Below the pieces are notes generated by a model that did no database searches, had not been told where the DNA came from, and worked only from the letters and a program-made list of their open reading frames with translations. A stretch of DNA of 64,000 nucleotides from a virus. Lineage: Duplodnaviria; Caudoviricetes. The position numbers and the translations under genes were made by a program. Below are positions 28,949-37,931 of this stretch, piece by piece. The stretch is taken from positions 15,113 to 79,112 of the IMG/VR virus record IMGVR_UViG_3300027884_000039; one strand, 5' to 3'. The first letter of the stretch is position 1, and the number at the start of each line of letters is the position of its first letter.

Positions 28949-29611
28949 TCATACGGGTACCTGGTTAAGGTCTTCCAGTTGCAATAATACCTGGGCCTGT
29001 TCGTCGCTCAGGTGGAAGGATTCCCGGAGCTTACCGATCACGTCCTGTTCACCCGCCTTGATGCGCTCGATCGCCGCGCCGAATGCCTTTTCGCTAATCT
29101 TGCGCTTATCGGGCTCCAAGGGGACGGAGACAACCGTTGCGTGCGCGTCCACGGTTTCGATCTCCGATTCATCGAGCATCCCCAGGCCGCAGATCGATAG
29201 CGTAGCCCTGCGCTTCGCCTTGGTCTCCGCCTTCATCATCGCGTTAGCCAAGGCTTCGCCCTTGAGCCCTTCAATGGATACGACGCCCGTGGCCACATCG
29301 GTCTTCCCATCTTTATCCTTCACTTTACAGGTAACCATATAGGTCACCTGGGGCTGGAAGTCCGAACCTAGTTCGATCACGCTTACCCCATGGAGCTTGC
29401 GCAACTGTTCGGTGCAATCCTTGGTCGCATAGAGCACTTCCTTGCCCTGGAACTTGAGGATTTTGAAGGGCTGGGTTAGGGGATTGAGCCCCAAGCTATC
29501 GCAGAAGCGCCGGTAGTAGTCCACCTTCATCCCGTCATTCATCTTGGCCAGGTCCCCGCCGAGTACCAAGGAGGCGAGCATCCCATCATTATGTACAGCT
29601 AGATTAGACAT
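28949..29611 (-). CDS. putative ssDNA-annealing recombinase (RecT/Red-beta-like)
   Basis: GDLAKM..DYYRRFCDSLGLNPLTQPF..LYATKDCTEQLRK..NAMMKAETKAKRRATLSICGLG. Confidence 0.65.
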   Translation of the reverse strand: MSNLAVHNDGMLASLVLGGDLAKMNDGMKVDYYRRFCDSLGLNPLTQPFKILKFQGKEVLYATKDCTEQLRKLHGVSVIELGSDFQPQVTYMVTCKVKDKDGKTDVATGVVSIEGLKGEALANAMMKAETKAKRRATLSICGLGMLDESEIETVDAHATVVSVPLEPDKRKISEKAFGAAIERIKAGEQDVIGKLRESFHLSDEQAQVLLQLEDLNQVPV

Positions 29612-29617
29612 ATATAT

Positions 29618-29911
29618 TTAATTTAAGTGATCGTCCAGGTGAGTGACAGCGCATTGCTGAATGTCATGGATACGCTTCATCGCTTCCCGTTTGTAGCGCA
29701 CGAGCATCATTTCTACGAGCGGCGCGATCAATTCACGAAGTTCGCTTTCATGATGGCTGAGCAGATGCTGGTAATCGGCGAGCATATCCTGGCCCATGAA
29801 CCAGACGGCTTCGATATCGACGTTGCCAACGGTCCCGTCGTCATAAAGCTGCGCTACGGCGTTCACAGTACTGTTACCGGAGGGGAAGGAAAAATGTTTG
29901 GTCAGGATCAT
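29618..29911 (-). CDS. hypothetical protein
   Basis: 97-aa ORF in the replication operon. Confidence 0.55.
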   Translation of the reverse strand: MILTKHFSFPSGNSTVNAVAQLYDDGTVGNVDIEAVWFMGQDMLADYQHLLSHHESELRELIAPLVEMMLVRYKREAMKRIHDIQQCAVTHLDDHLN

Positions 29912-30085
29912 ATAGTATTGTATTATTGCGTTCGGCTTTATGCGAAAGGCTATGATTTAGTACGCTGTCTCTCAAGCAGAGCAGCGTACTTTTTTTGTGC
30001 CCTTCGCCTGATCCGGTCTTCCATTTTGGCGCGAAGCAAGTCGGCAAAGACTTTACGGTCATTATCACGCCTGATCACCTCGCGG

Positions 30086-30325
30086 TTAATGTGGACTATC
30101 TTCATATACCAGGAGTTTTTTTCGTATCTTTTCTACGTTTTCTTTCGTACCATAACCCCGATCCAGTATATACCGGTAAGTATTGTGATGCATCTTGAGT
30201 TGGCGGGCATTGCGCACGAAGCAACCATAGCCCAAATTCATACGCCGCAACACCTGGATTTCCTCTTCTGACAACTTTTCTTGTCTTTTTTTATTTTTTT
30301 TTCTCCGAAAATTTGTCTTTTTCAT
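30086..30325 (-). CDS. Cro-like small basic HTH protein
   Basis: RNARQLKMHHNTYRYILDRG; divergent from 30462. Confidence 0.5.
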   Translation of the reverse strand: MKKTNFRRKKNKKRQEKLSEEEIQVLRRMNLGYGCFVRNARQLKMHHNTYRYILDRGYGTKENVEKIRKKLLVYEDSPH

Positions 30326-30461
30326 TGTATCATTCTATATTGCGTATGCTTTAGACAAATATAATTGTAAAACGACAAAAAATACTGTCAAATGACAGAT
30401 TTATTTTTCCACCCTGTATATTGTCCACCTTCATAATCACGTAAAAAAAATCGACACGAAC

Positions 30462-30875
30462 ATGGTAAAACAAAAAATCGGCCCGCTGGCAACGCTGGTG
30501 GCCGAAATTCGCGCCAAAGCGGCGGGAGGCAAGCGCCTTCAAGATATAGAAATGGAGACGGGTATCGGAGCCGGTAACCTAAGCAGACGGTTGAAAGCAG
30601 AGGAGAATGGTAAGCCTCCGGCCCCGAAGTTTATTAAGCGACTGGAAATACATTACGAAGTTCTTTTACATGGCAGGAAGACCATTGAGCGGGAGGAAGC
30701 TGGTTTATGGGAAGATTTTTCGAACCAACTTATTCGGATGACGGCGCTTGGGAATGTTGTACTTCGGCGGTTGGCCGAGTTAGAGAGTCCATCAGACCCT
30801 CAGACAAGGTTGAGGGAAATAGTGAAAGATGTCTCGGCGGAAGAAGATAAGTTGAAAGGCGCAGTACAATCTTAA
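30462..30875 (+). CDS. CI-like repressor (N-terminal HTH)
   Basis: LQDIEMETGIGAGNLSRRL HTH; divergent arrangement. Confidence 0.55.
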   Translation: MVKQKIGPLATLVAEIRAKAAGGKRLQDIEMETGIGAGNLSRRLKAEENGKPPAPKFIKRLEIHYEVLLHGRKTIEREEAGLWEDFSNQLIRMTALGNVVLRRLAELESPSDPQTRLREIVKDVSAEEDKLKGAVQS

Positions 30876-30971
30876 TTTTCTTCTTGGTCAGTTTCTTAGC
30901 CATGTAATAGGATTTAAGCACGAAGGGTATTAAAAATAATACTCTTCCATAAAAAATCCAAATTATATTTC

Positions 30972-31736
30972 ATGGCAAAGAAGATCACCTACCAAAAACA
31001 AGTCCGCAGAAGTTTACCTACCATCGGGGATTTGGGGTTGCCTCCGAAAGGAGCCCCCGATCCCCTTCCCGCTCCCCCCTCCCTTCCTACGGAGCGTTTT
31101 ACCCGCATGGAATTCCTGCCACGTGAAGACAAGCCTGCTGCTGCCTCCCCCGCCCAAAAGCGGGAAGTTATATTCGATGATGAAGACGGAGACAAAGATG
31201 ATTTGCCTGGCATGGCTGACTTTTTGAAAGCCTTTCCAGGTTGGGATTTTGGAAGTCGCGTCCTCAAGGGCCGGCAATTGGACATCGATTACGATATTCG
31301 TATTACGGCTTACAATGCATCTGCCGATTCGCTCGATAAAAAAAGGAAGTATAAAATAAGTTTTGGTACTTATTTTATACAAAATAATTTACTCTATCGC
31401 TCCGTTTTGGTTGGGCTGGGTCCGGAAATTCCTGGAAAAAACCAAAGGGTGCTCCTCGCTTTATTTGATAATATCCACATGCGTGATTATCAAGACAACT
31501 ATACCATCACCATCAATAAAGCGGGCCGAATGGCCGATTTTTCACAGGCCACCATTGGCATCAAAGTGGTAGAAGCGTTTAATCTTGAAAAAGAACTCGC
31601 CAAACAGCCGGGTGGAATAACGTATATAAAGTGCTGCGTAAAGCCATGGAAGGAACCTATCAAATACGACACCAAAAATAACTTTCAAATCGAATTACTG
31701 GGTATCGAGAAGCCTGATTCTAAACCAAAACAATAA
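30972..31736 (+). CDS. hypothetical protein (Pro-rich N-terminus, beta-rich core)
   Basis: 254-aa ORF. Confidence 0.7.
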   Translation: MAKKITYQKQVRRSLPTIGDLGLPPKGAPDPLPAPPSLPTERFTRMEFLPREDKPAAASPAQKREVIFDDEDGDKDDLPGMADFLKAFPGWDFGSRVLKGRQLDIDYDIRITAYNASADSLDKKRKYKISFGTYFIQNNLLYRSVLVGLGPEIPGKNQRVLLALFDNIHMRDYQDNYTITINKAGRMADFSQATIGIKVVEAFNLEKELAKQPGGITYIKCCVKPWKEPIKYDTKNNFQIELLGIEKPDSKPKQ

Positions 31737-31738
31737 TA

Positions 31739-32689
31739 ATGAGTAGTCACCGCCACGTTGCCGATTTACGCCCCCATCCTGATTATGTCCTCCAAACAGA
31801 CATAGTCGAACGGGTAAATAAAGCCAATAAGGCCGCGAAATTGGAAGATACACTGATCCCTTTCATACGCATCAATAGACTTATGGCCAGGGATTTATTG
31901 ACGCTTAATGTAGGCAATAGGGACGTTGCTCGCTATGATCTGAAAAGATATGCCATGTTAATGCGCAGAGGCAAATGGTTCTGGATTGGCGCGGTTATTA
32001 AAATTGATTTGACAGGGCGCTTGATCGACGGTCAAAAGGAGCTTGCGGCGGTGGACATGAGCGACACGGAGCAGATATTCCATATACAATGTGGTATAGA
32101 CCCCGAAGCACATGCAGCTATTGATGTTGGTCGGTTAAAATCACTGAAGGACGCCCTAACGACAGCCGGCTTTGTTAACGTCAATCAACTGGCTTCCACA
32201 GCTAAAACAATAATATACCTGACTACGCAGCGGAAAGTTTCGGTGAATGTTGAAGTCGGTCATACGATCGAGCACCAGACAGTAATAGATTGGTGTAAGG
32301 TTAAAGCTAACAAGACGCTAGCCGATGACGCAATCAGTCATGCGATGGTTTATTATGGGCGCAAGGAATATGATGCCAAGTTCATCAATCAGACTTTTTG
32401 GAGTGTGATTTATTTTTTATTTTACAAGATCGATCAGACAAAAGCCGTTTATTTTCTTGATAAACTTGCCTCTGGCGAAGACATGACTAGAGAGGGGAAG
32501 GACTGGCAAATTTTAAAGCTGTACAAAGTGCTCAATGATTTTGCGCGGAAGGGAATTGGCAATGGGGAGAGAGCGAGGGATATTCGTTGGCGGTGGATAT
32601 TCAGGGCCTGGAATCACTGGCACAACAAAGAAAAAAATGACAAGTTAGAGCCTGAGCTTTTGAGTCCGCAAATCGAAATGCCTAGATGA
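31739..32689 (+). CDS. ParB/Srx-like N-terminal domain phage protein
   Basis: NRDV..LKRYAMLMRRGKW..IKID..GRLIDGQ; canonical HRL replaced by KEL. Confidence 0.65.
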   Translation: MSSHRHVADLRPHPDYVLQTDIVERVNKANKAAKLEDTLIPFIRINRLMARDLLTLNVGNRDVARYDLKRYAMLMRRGKWFWIGAVIKIDLTGRLIDGQKELAAVDMSDTEQIFHIQCGIDPEAHAAIDVGRLKSLKDALTTAGFVNVNQLASTAKTIIYLTTQRKVSVNVEVGHTIEHQTVIDWCKVKANKTLADDAISHAMVYYGRKEYDAKFINQTFWSVIYFLFYKIDQTKAVYFLDKLASGEDMTREGKDWQILKLYKVLNDFARKGIGNGERARDIRWRWIFRAWNHWHNKEKNDKLEPELLSPQIEMPR

Positions 32690-32772
32690 GATGTATAAAT
32701 AATTATAACATGATCCTTAATCCAGCCGCCCGATTTTATTAGGTGCAGCTATTGCACTAATAAACTCAGCGT

Positions 32773-33051
32773 ATGTCCAGAAGTAGAAAAAAGCATCCCT
32801 GGCTCAAAGATCATAGTCCAGGAATGAAGCAAGTTTGTAGTAGATCGTTCAGACACAGGTGTCGGCAGATAAGCGGACAGTATGCCAAAAAGTGGTATAC
32901 ATATATTTGGCTCCGCGACGAATTGCATGATTATCCGGGGCAAGAGCCGGTATATCCAGATCGACTACGATCGATCGTTAACCAATATGATCTTTGTGAC
33001 TGGAAGTACAGGGACTGGGAAGGTAACAATCCAAAATATTACAGGAAATGA
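32773..33051 (+). CDS. small basic hypothetical protein (MSRSRKK family)
   Basis: 92 aa, MSRSRKKHP..YDLCDWK. Confidence 0.6.
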   Translation: MSRSRKKHPWLKDHSPGMKQVCSRSFRHRCRQISGQYAKKWYTYIWLRDELHDYPGQEPVYPDRLRSIVNQYDLCDWKYRDWEGNNPKYYRK

Positions 33052-33461
33052 ATACCGCGCAGTGGATTTCAACAACTATGGGTTTTAGTACGCTAGTCAC
33101 CGCCATTTTAACGTATGTGCATTGGCGTCGGGCCATAGTCATAAAGGCCTTAACAGACGACCTGCAACGCTGGATGATGGAGCGCCACCGGGAGACTTAT
33201 AATAAGATGGAAGATCGGATCACTATGGACACGGAGAAAGTGTTGCGCCTGTATTATCCAATGGAGAGCAAGGATCGTGTGACGATACCGCAGCTAAGAG
33301 AGCAACTGCCAAAGGCCAACAACATGGCGCATATTCTGTTTGCCATTCATAAGCATGCGGAGCGATGTGCCGAAGACAATCCTGATCAGGTTGTATACAA
33401 GAAAGATGACATTGTTTTACTGTTGGAAAGATTGGGTTACACCGTTCAATGGGGAGGTTAA
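33048..33461 (+). CDS. hypothetical protein with N-terminal TM helix
   Basis: 137-aa ORF. Confidence 0.55.
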   Translation: MNTAQWISTTMGFSTLVTAILTYVHWRRAIVIKALTDDLQRWMMERHRETYNKMEDRITMDTEKVLRLYYPMESKDRVTIPQLREQLPKANNMAHILFAIHKHAERCAEDNPDQVVYKKDDIVLLLERLGYTVQWGG

Positions 33462-33462
33462 T

Positions 33463-33711
33463 ATGGGATTAGTAATGACAAGTATAACGGCTATTGTAGG
33501 AATCGACCCAGTGACGGGAGATGAAGGCCTTTGGGCTTTTTTAGATGATTTGGGAAAGTGCACGCCGATGGTATGTGCGGATGAAGAGCGCGTACAAATG
33601 ATGTTTCATGTGGCTGAACAAATGAGGAAGGCGAGCGGAATCGAATATAAGGTATTACAATTTTCCACGCGTGAGGATATCACAGCAGCAACTAAAAACA
33701 AGTACAGATGA
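33463..33711 (+). CDS. hypothetical protein
   Basis: ATG at 33463, abutting both neighbours. Confidence 0.6.
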   Translation: MGLVMTSITAIVGIDPVTGDEGLWAFLDDLGKCTPMVCADEERVQMMFHVAEQMRKASGIEYKVLQFSTREDITAATKNKYR

Positions 33712-34538
33712 GAACACTAGTCATGGGTGATATTCACGGAGCGGCCAAAGCGATTACACAATGCCTAGAAAGGAGTGGCTTCGACCGGGAGAATGATCGC
33801 CTCATCTTCATCGGGGATATGTGCGACGGCTGGCCCTACGTCTATGAAGCTGTGGAAGTGATTTTACAGGTAAAGAATCGGATCGATATCCTGGGTAACC
33901 ACGATGTATGGTTTCGGGATTGGCTCGTCAGCGGTTTCCATGGTGACCCGATTGGCCCCTGGATGCAAGGGGGAAGTGCCACGGCCAGGTCCTACCTGCG
34001 CCAGATCGGGAAGGAAGACATGATTGAAGAGGGATATCATGGCTATCGTACGTCACTTAATCCTGGCGATATACCGGTATCGCATAAGCAGTTTTTCAAT
34101 GATATGGTATTATATTATGTAGATGAGCATCACCGGCTCTACGTGCATGGCGGATATACCCGGACTATGTTGATTGAAGATATGAAGCGGATCAATCCGG
34201 TTGAATTGTATTGGAACCGTGAACTATGGAATCAGGCGATGTGTTGTAAGGGAAATGTACGGTTGAAGACCAAGGATAAGTTCAACGAAATATTCATTGG
34301 CCATACGCAAACGACGATCTGGACAACGAAGGAAACCAAGACGCTTAATGGATTCATCTTGCCGGCCGGTGAACCCATCACGAACCCGATGTATCATGGT
34401 GGCGTATACAACATCGATACTGGCGCTGGCGGCAGGGGTAAGCTCACGATCATGGACGTAGATACCAAGGAGTGTTGGCAGAGCGACCTGGTGATGGAGC
34501 TATATCCCAATGACAAAGGAAGACATGTAAATTATTAA
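33708..34538 (+). CDS. metallophosphoesterase (lambda NinI-like Ser/Thr phosphatase family)
   Basis: GDIHG, GDMCDG, GNHD, VHGG, GHT, DTGAG motifs. Confidence 0.92.
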   Translation: MRTLVMGDIHGAAKAITQCLERSGFDRENDRLIFIGDMCDGWPYVYEAVEVILQVKNRIDILGNHDVWFRDWLVSGFHGDPIGPWMQGGSATARSYLRQIGKEDMIEEGYHGYRTSLNPGDIPVSHKQFFNDMVLYYVDEHHRLYVHGGYTRTMLIEDMKRINPVELYWNRELWNQAMCCKGNVRLKTKDKFNEIFIGHTQTTIWTTKETKTLNGFILPAGEPITNPMYHGGVYNIDTGAGGRGKLTIMDVDTKECWQSDLVMELYPNDKGRHVNY

Positions 34539-34548
34539 AAACAATCAT

Positions 34549-34884
34549 ATGGCATTCAAGATCGACAAACATCACCCGCTTCCAGAAGATTTCCGCCCAT
34601 CAAAACCAATGGCGAAATATCCGCTATATAAAATGGTAGATGGAGACTCGTTTTTTGCGCCGGACAAAACAGAACAAAAGTTAAAGTCATCTGTTGCGGG
34701 AATAAAAAGGCAATGGATCGCTGACGAAATTAAGACCAGGGAGCAAATAGCAGAAGATCGATGGGTTTACCTGGAATGCGTAGAGGAATATGAAGGTGAA
34801 CTGGTTAAAGGTTGCCGCGTTTGGCTAAATCCGCCGACCACTAAAAAAAAAATAAACCAGACGGAAGCGGACCCCGAACCGTAG
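34549..34884 (+). CDS. conserved phage hypothetical protein
   Basis: FKIDKHHPLP..KYPLYKMVDGDSFF..GCRVW. Confidence 0.65.
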   Translation: MAFKIDKHHPLPEDFRPSKPMAKYPLYKMVDGDSFFAPDKTEQKLKSSVAGIKRQWIADEIKTREQIAEDRWVYLECVEEYEGELVKGCRVWLNPPTTKKKINQTEADPEP

Positions 34885-34933
34885 GCCAAATGCTAAGGGA
34901 TCTAAAAGCGCCGCCAGAAAAAAAGGGGAAACA

Positions 34934-35317
34934 ATGAGCGCCGACTACATGAAATTCAAGCAATGGTTCGACCACAAGTTGGAGGTGGGCGCATATCCTA
35001 ACCCTGAGATGGCTGAATGGCGAGCGGAGGATTACGCCTATGTAATCAATGTATCTGGCGCCTGGTACGCAGGTGAAGCGCCGATGTATCACCAGACCCG
35101 CTATTTTTGGTTTCCGATGAGTGAAGGCAAGAAGGACATGGGTATGAATAGTATTTACGGCGCCCTGGTGATCTTATGGGAGGCCGAGCGTCGTAATGAT
35201 CGAGTATACTTGCATTGCCATAGTGGGAGTAACCGCAGTTGGACAGTAGCCGCAGCGTATCATTACCTGCGTACCGGCACGCATTGGACCGACCGGTTAA
35301 GAGCGGGCCACACTTGA
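34934..35317 (+). CDS. dual-specificity/tyrosine phosphatase-like protein
   Basis: CX5R active loop VYLHCHSGSNRS. Confidence 0.8.
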   Translation: MSADYMKFKQWFDHKLEVGAYPNPEMAEWRAEDYAYVINVSGAWYAGEAPMYHQTRYFWFPMSEGKKDMGMNSIYGALVILWEAERRNDRVYLHCHSGSNRSWTVAAAYHYLRTGTHWTDRLRAGHT

Positions 35318-35466
35318 ATAAACTGCTGGCCAATTGTGATCGGCATTATTTGCCGCATCAATCCGAAATGGAAGCGTGGCTTGCTCACTTGCGCAAGGAA
35401 CTGGAAACTGGTATGACCCCGTCTTTGCTCACGATGAGTAAGATTGAATGCATAAATAATTTTTAA

Positions 35467-35679
35467 ATGAAATACCTGTCCGCCCCGCAGACGCATAAAG
35501 ATTGGATTGTCTATTGTAGTTTAGGCATTTTAATTTGGATATCTTTTTATTTAAGTGAACGCTGGCGTAATGGTAGTAGCGGCTTTGCCATATTTTCGCT
35601 GGTCATGATATGCTTTAACATTGTGGCATTGGTGGCACATTTAATTAGATATTACCGCGAGAAAAAACACCCAAAATAA
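35467..35679 (+). CDS. small 2-TM membrane protein
   Basis: two hydrophobic helices. Confidence 0.6.
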   Translation: MKYLSAPQTHKDWIVYCSLGILIWISFYLSERWRNGSSGFAIFSLVMICFNIVALVAHLIRYYREKKHPK

Positions 35680-35682
35680 TTT

Positions 35683-35898
35683 TTGATGGAAAAAGAGTTC
35701 GAGCCAGACTCAATAGTTCTGGCTATTATTGGACGCTTCGTAGTACGAGCCAAGGATGGCGAGCAAAAGTACGGTACAAATTTGGATCGCGAAGACCTAG
35801 CTATGCAGGATTGGATTCAGCATGCACAAGATGAGTTAATGGACGGTATTTTATATTTGGAAAAATTGAAGCGAACACTTAAAAAACACCCAGAATAA
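35683..35898 (+). CDS. MazG-like all-alpha NTP pyrophosphohydrolase-like protein
   Basis: GEQKYGTNLDREDL..WIQHAQDELMDGILYLEKL. Confidence 0.65.
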   Translation: MMEKEFEPDSIVLAIIGRFVVRAKDGEQKYGTNLDREDLAMQDWIQHAQDELMDGILYLEKLKRTLKKHPE

Positions 35899-36200
35899 TT
35901 TGCGTATTTCCAAAAACCTTATTATCTTGAACCCACGTTCCAACTCCCCAGGAGTATGTAGTTGGGGGGACTTTTTTTAATTAATGAAATCCATTTCGAA
36001 CAGAAAGCAAGAGTACAGTTACAATCAGCAACCAACAGTTCTTTTTAAGTTTTAGCAAGGACATTTTTTGATTGAGGATGAAGATTGACTTTTGGCAGCA
36101 GTTTTGAATGAAGAGTAAACTATTAAAAGAGGGGCATTAAGTTCCTACTTGGCAGTAGCCAGGTATAGAAGGTTAGACTTGGTATTTAACAGACATTATC

Positions 36201-36228
36201 GTCCCCTGTTTCTACAGGGGACTCTTTT
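36201..36228 (+). terminator. hairpin with GTTTCTAC loop
   Basis: GTCCCCTGT TTCT ACAGGGGAC TCTTTT. Confidence 0.6.
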
Positions 36229-36250
36229 AACCAAAAAAACTACCCGCTAT

Positions 36251-36766
36251 ATGACCAAAATTAATGGGCATCTTATTCGCGAAGTGCTCAAAGAAAAAAT
36301 GTTGGAGTTGACGACCATCAATTCTACTTTTGAAGAAAGCTTATACAAATTTGAAAGTGAAGAAAAGCCATCCCCTGCCGCGTTGATGGCACGCATCATG
36401 GAACTGGAAACTGCGGTTGCCAAATTGCAAACTCTGCAATCGCAATATAACTTAACCGTAATGGTGCAGATTAATGAAGTAGCGATGCCCCTGGAAGAGG
36501 CGATCAAGCTGGTGGGGGGTGCTGGCCGCTCTTCGAAAAGATGGCGCGAAGCCGCCAAAGGAGAAAAGGTTGACCGGTATGAACGTCGTGCAAATAGGCA
36601 GCGAGAGAAAGACAAGGAATATACCGTCCCCACGATCTCAAAAGAAAAGGCGTTGGAATATGCCAAGAAGGCTGAACAATACGCAGGTAGTCTTCGCAAG
36701 GCCATCGCCTTAGGAATTTTAACAGATATTGAATTTGATGATAGTGTGGCGGCGCTCCTGGAGTAA
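36251..36766 (+). CDS. all-helical coiled-coil protein (DUF6847/DIP1984-like by recollection)
   Basis: LETAVAKLQTLQSQYNLTV..LEEAIKLVGG; start MTKING at 36251. Confidence 0.6.
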   Translation: MTKINGHLIREVLKEKMLELTTINSTFEESLYKFESEEKPSPAALMARIMELETAVAKLQTLQSQYNLTVMVQINEVAMPLEEAIKLVGGAGRSSKRWREAAKGEKVDRYERRANRQREKDKEYTVPTISKEKALEYAKKAEQYAGSLRKAIALGILTDIEFDDSVAALLE

Positions 36767-36965
36767 TCCCGGACACCAGTCACTTGGTTGGTATGCGAAC
36801 TCTACAAGCTACTACTTAACAGTAGTGACTTGCCCATCACTGGGATTATGCGCCTTCTTATCTAAATAGCCGTTATGTGTGTCTTGCTAAAGAACGGTTG
36901 ATAACAAGCAGTAGTAACCACAAATGGGAGTTGGACGGTACTCGTTGCTATCAAATACCAACCAA
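36763..36965 (+). ncRNA. candidate structured RNA directly after gene 36251-36766
   Basis: 11-bp TTGGTTGGTAT/ATACCAACCAA stem plus competing 10-bp and 7-bp helices. Confidence 0.55.
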
Positions 36966-36968
36966 CAT

Positions 36969-37039
36969 CGCGAGGTCATCTAACGGTAGGATACCGGGCT
37001 CATAACCCGAGAATTCGGGTTCGATTCCCGACTTCGCAA
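36969..37039 (+). tRNA. initiator tRNA-fMet(CAT)
   Basis: C1:A72 mismatch, GGG/CCC in the anticodon stem, loop CTCATAA, T-arm TCGGG TTCGATT CCCGA. Confidence 0.85.
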
Positions 37040-37053
37040 CAAAACTATAACCA

Positions 37054-37842
37054 ATGAAATTAAATGTACTCCTTGCGCGAGCCGAACATACTGGTGCGCA
37101 GTTCAAAATGATGATTCAAACATATGCACATACTTTCACGCATAAACAGGAGATATTCAGGGGCACTAAGAAGACTTATACGAAGGCACCGGGTTCGGAT
37201 GATTTCCCCAACATGAGCGGCAACGAAAAAGTGCAATCGTCGGTCGATGAATATTTGCAATGGTTTGAAGACACAGCCGACGAGTTTATTACTCACCGTT
37301 TTAACATTGAGGCTACGAATGCCTCCGGGCCAAAAGCTGAGCTTATCGTCGGTGGGCAGAAATTTGGCAGTTATAGCACCTGCGAGCTAATGCGGCTCAA
37401 TGATTTTTTAAATAGTCCTGAATTACTGAAGATGTATTCTATCCTGCCTGTGCGTAGTGATACAGAGAACTGGAAGGAGACTACCGATCCGGAAGGCATA
37501 AAAAAGAAGTTGTGGGAAACCGACATCAAGAAACTACCCCATAACACGACGATTAAAGGTTGGATTATCCTCCCCGATCCGAATGTGGAGAAACTGAAGG
37601 CCGGTAGTCCGTATACACCTATTAAGGAGTCCAGTGATACGAAAGTGTATTTAGGGGAACAGACCATGCAGAAGTTTAGCGGGGAATGGAGTCATGCTGA
37701 TCGGGCCAGTCTGCTGCGCAGGCTCACGATGCTAAAAGCGTCCGTGAAGGAAGCGCTAGTCACAGCCAATGAAACGCCAATGGTGGAATCGGAATTAACG
37801 GCGAAAAAAATATTCGGGTATTTGCATCGTGGAACAATTTGA
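37054..37842 (+). CDS. conserved helical protein of unknown function (DUF7873-like by recollection)
   Basis: MKLNVLLA..GTKKTY..KVQSSV..TNASG.KAELIV..LMRL..KFSGEW..L..SVKEALVTAN. Confidence 0.7.
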   Translation: MKLNVLLARAEHTGAQFKMMIQTYAHTFTHKQEIFRGTKKTYTKAPGSDDFPNMSGNEKVQSSVDEYLQWFEDTADEFITHRFNIEATNASGPKAELIVGGQKFGSYSTCELMRLNDFLNSPELLKMYSILPVRSDTENWKETTDPEGIKKKLWETDIKKLPHNTTIKGWIILPDPNVEKLKAGSPYTPIKESSDTKVYLGEQTMQKFSGEWSHADRASLLRRLTMLKASVKEALVTANETPMVESELTAKKIFGYLHRGTI

Positions 37843-37931
37843 CAAAGCCTTAGCTTTAGCCTTAGCTTAACACGATTCTAGTTAAATCAACTTTAGCTTC
37901 GCGTCAAAAGCCTCAGCTTTGTATGTTAGAT

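Noticed and set aside
29627-30271. Long + strand ORF (214 aa) and similar antisense ORFs such as 52156-52833, 56047-56637 and 36247-36783
   Set aside because: They are shadows of better-supported genes on the opposite strand, with no motifs and no leaders
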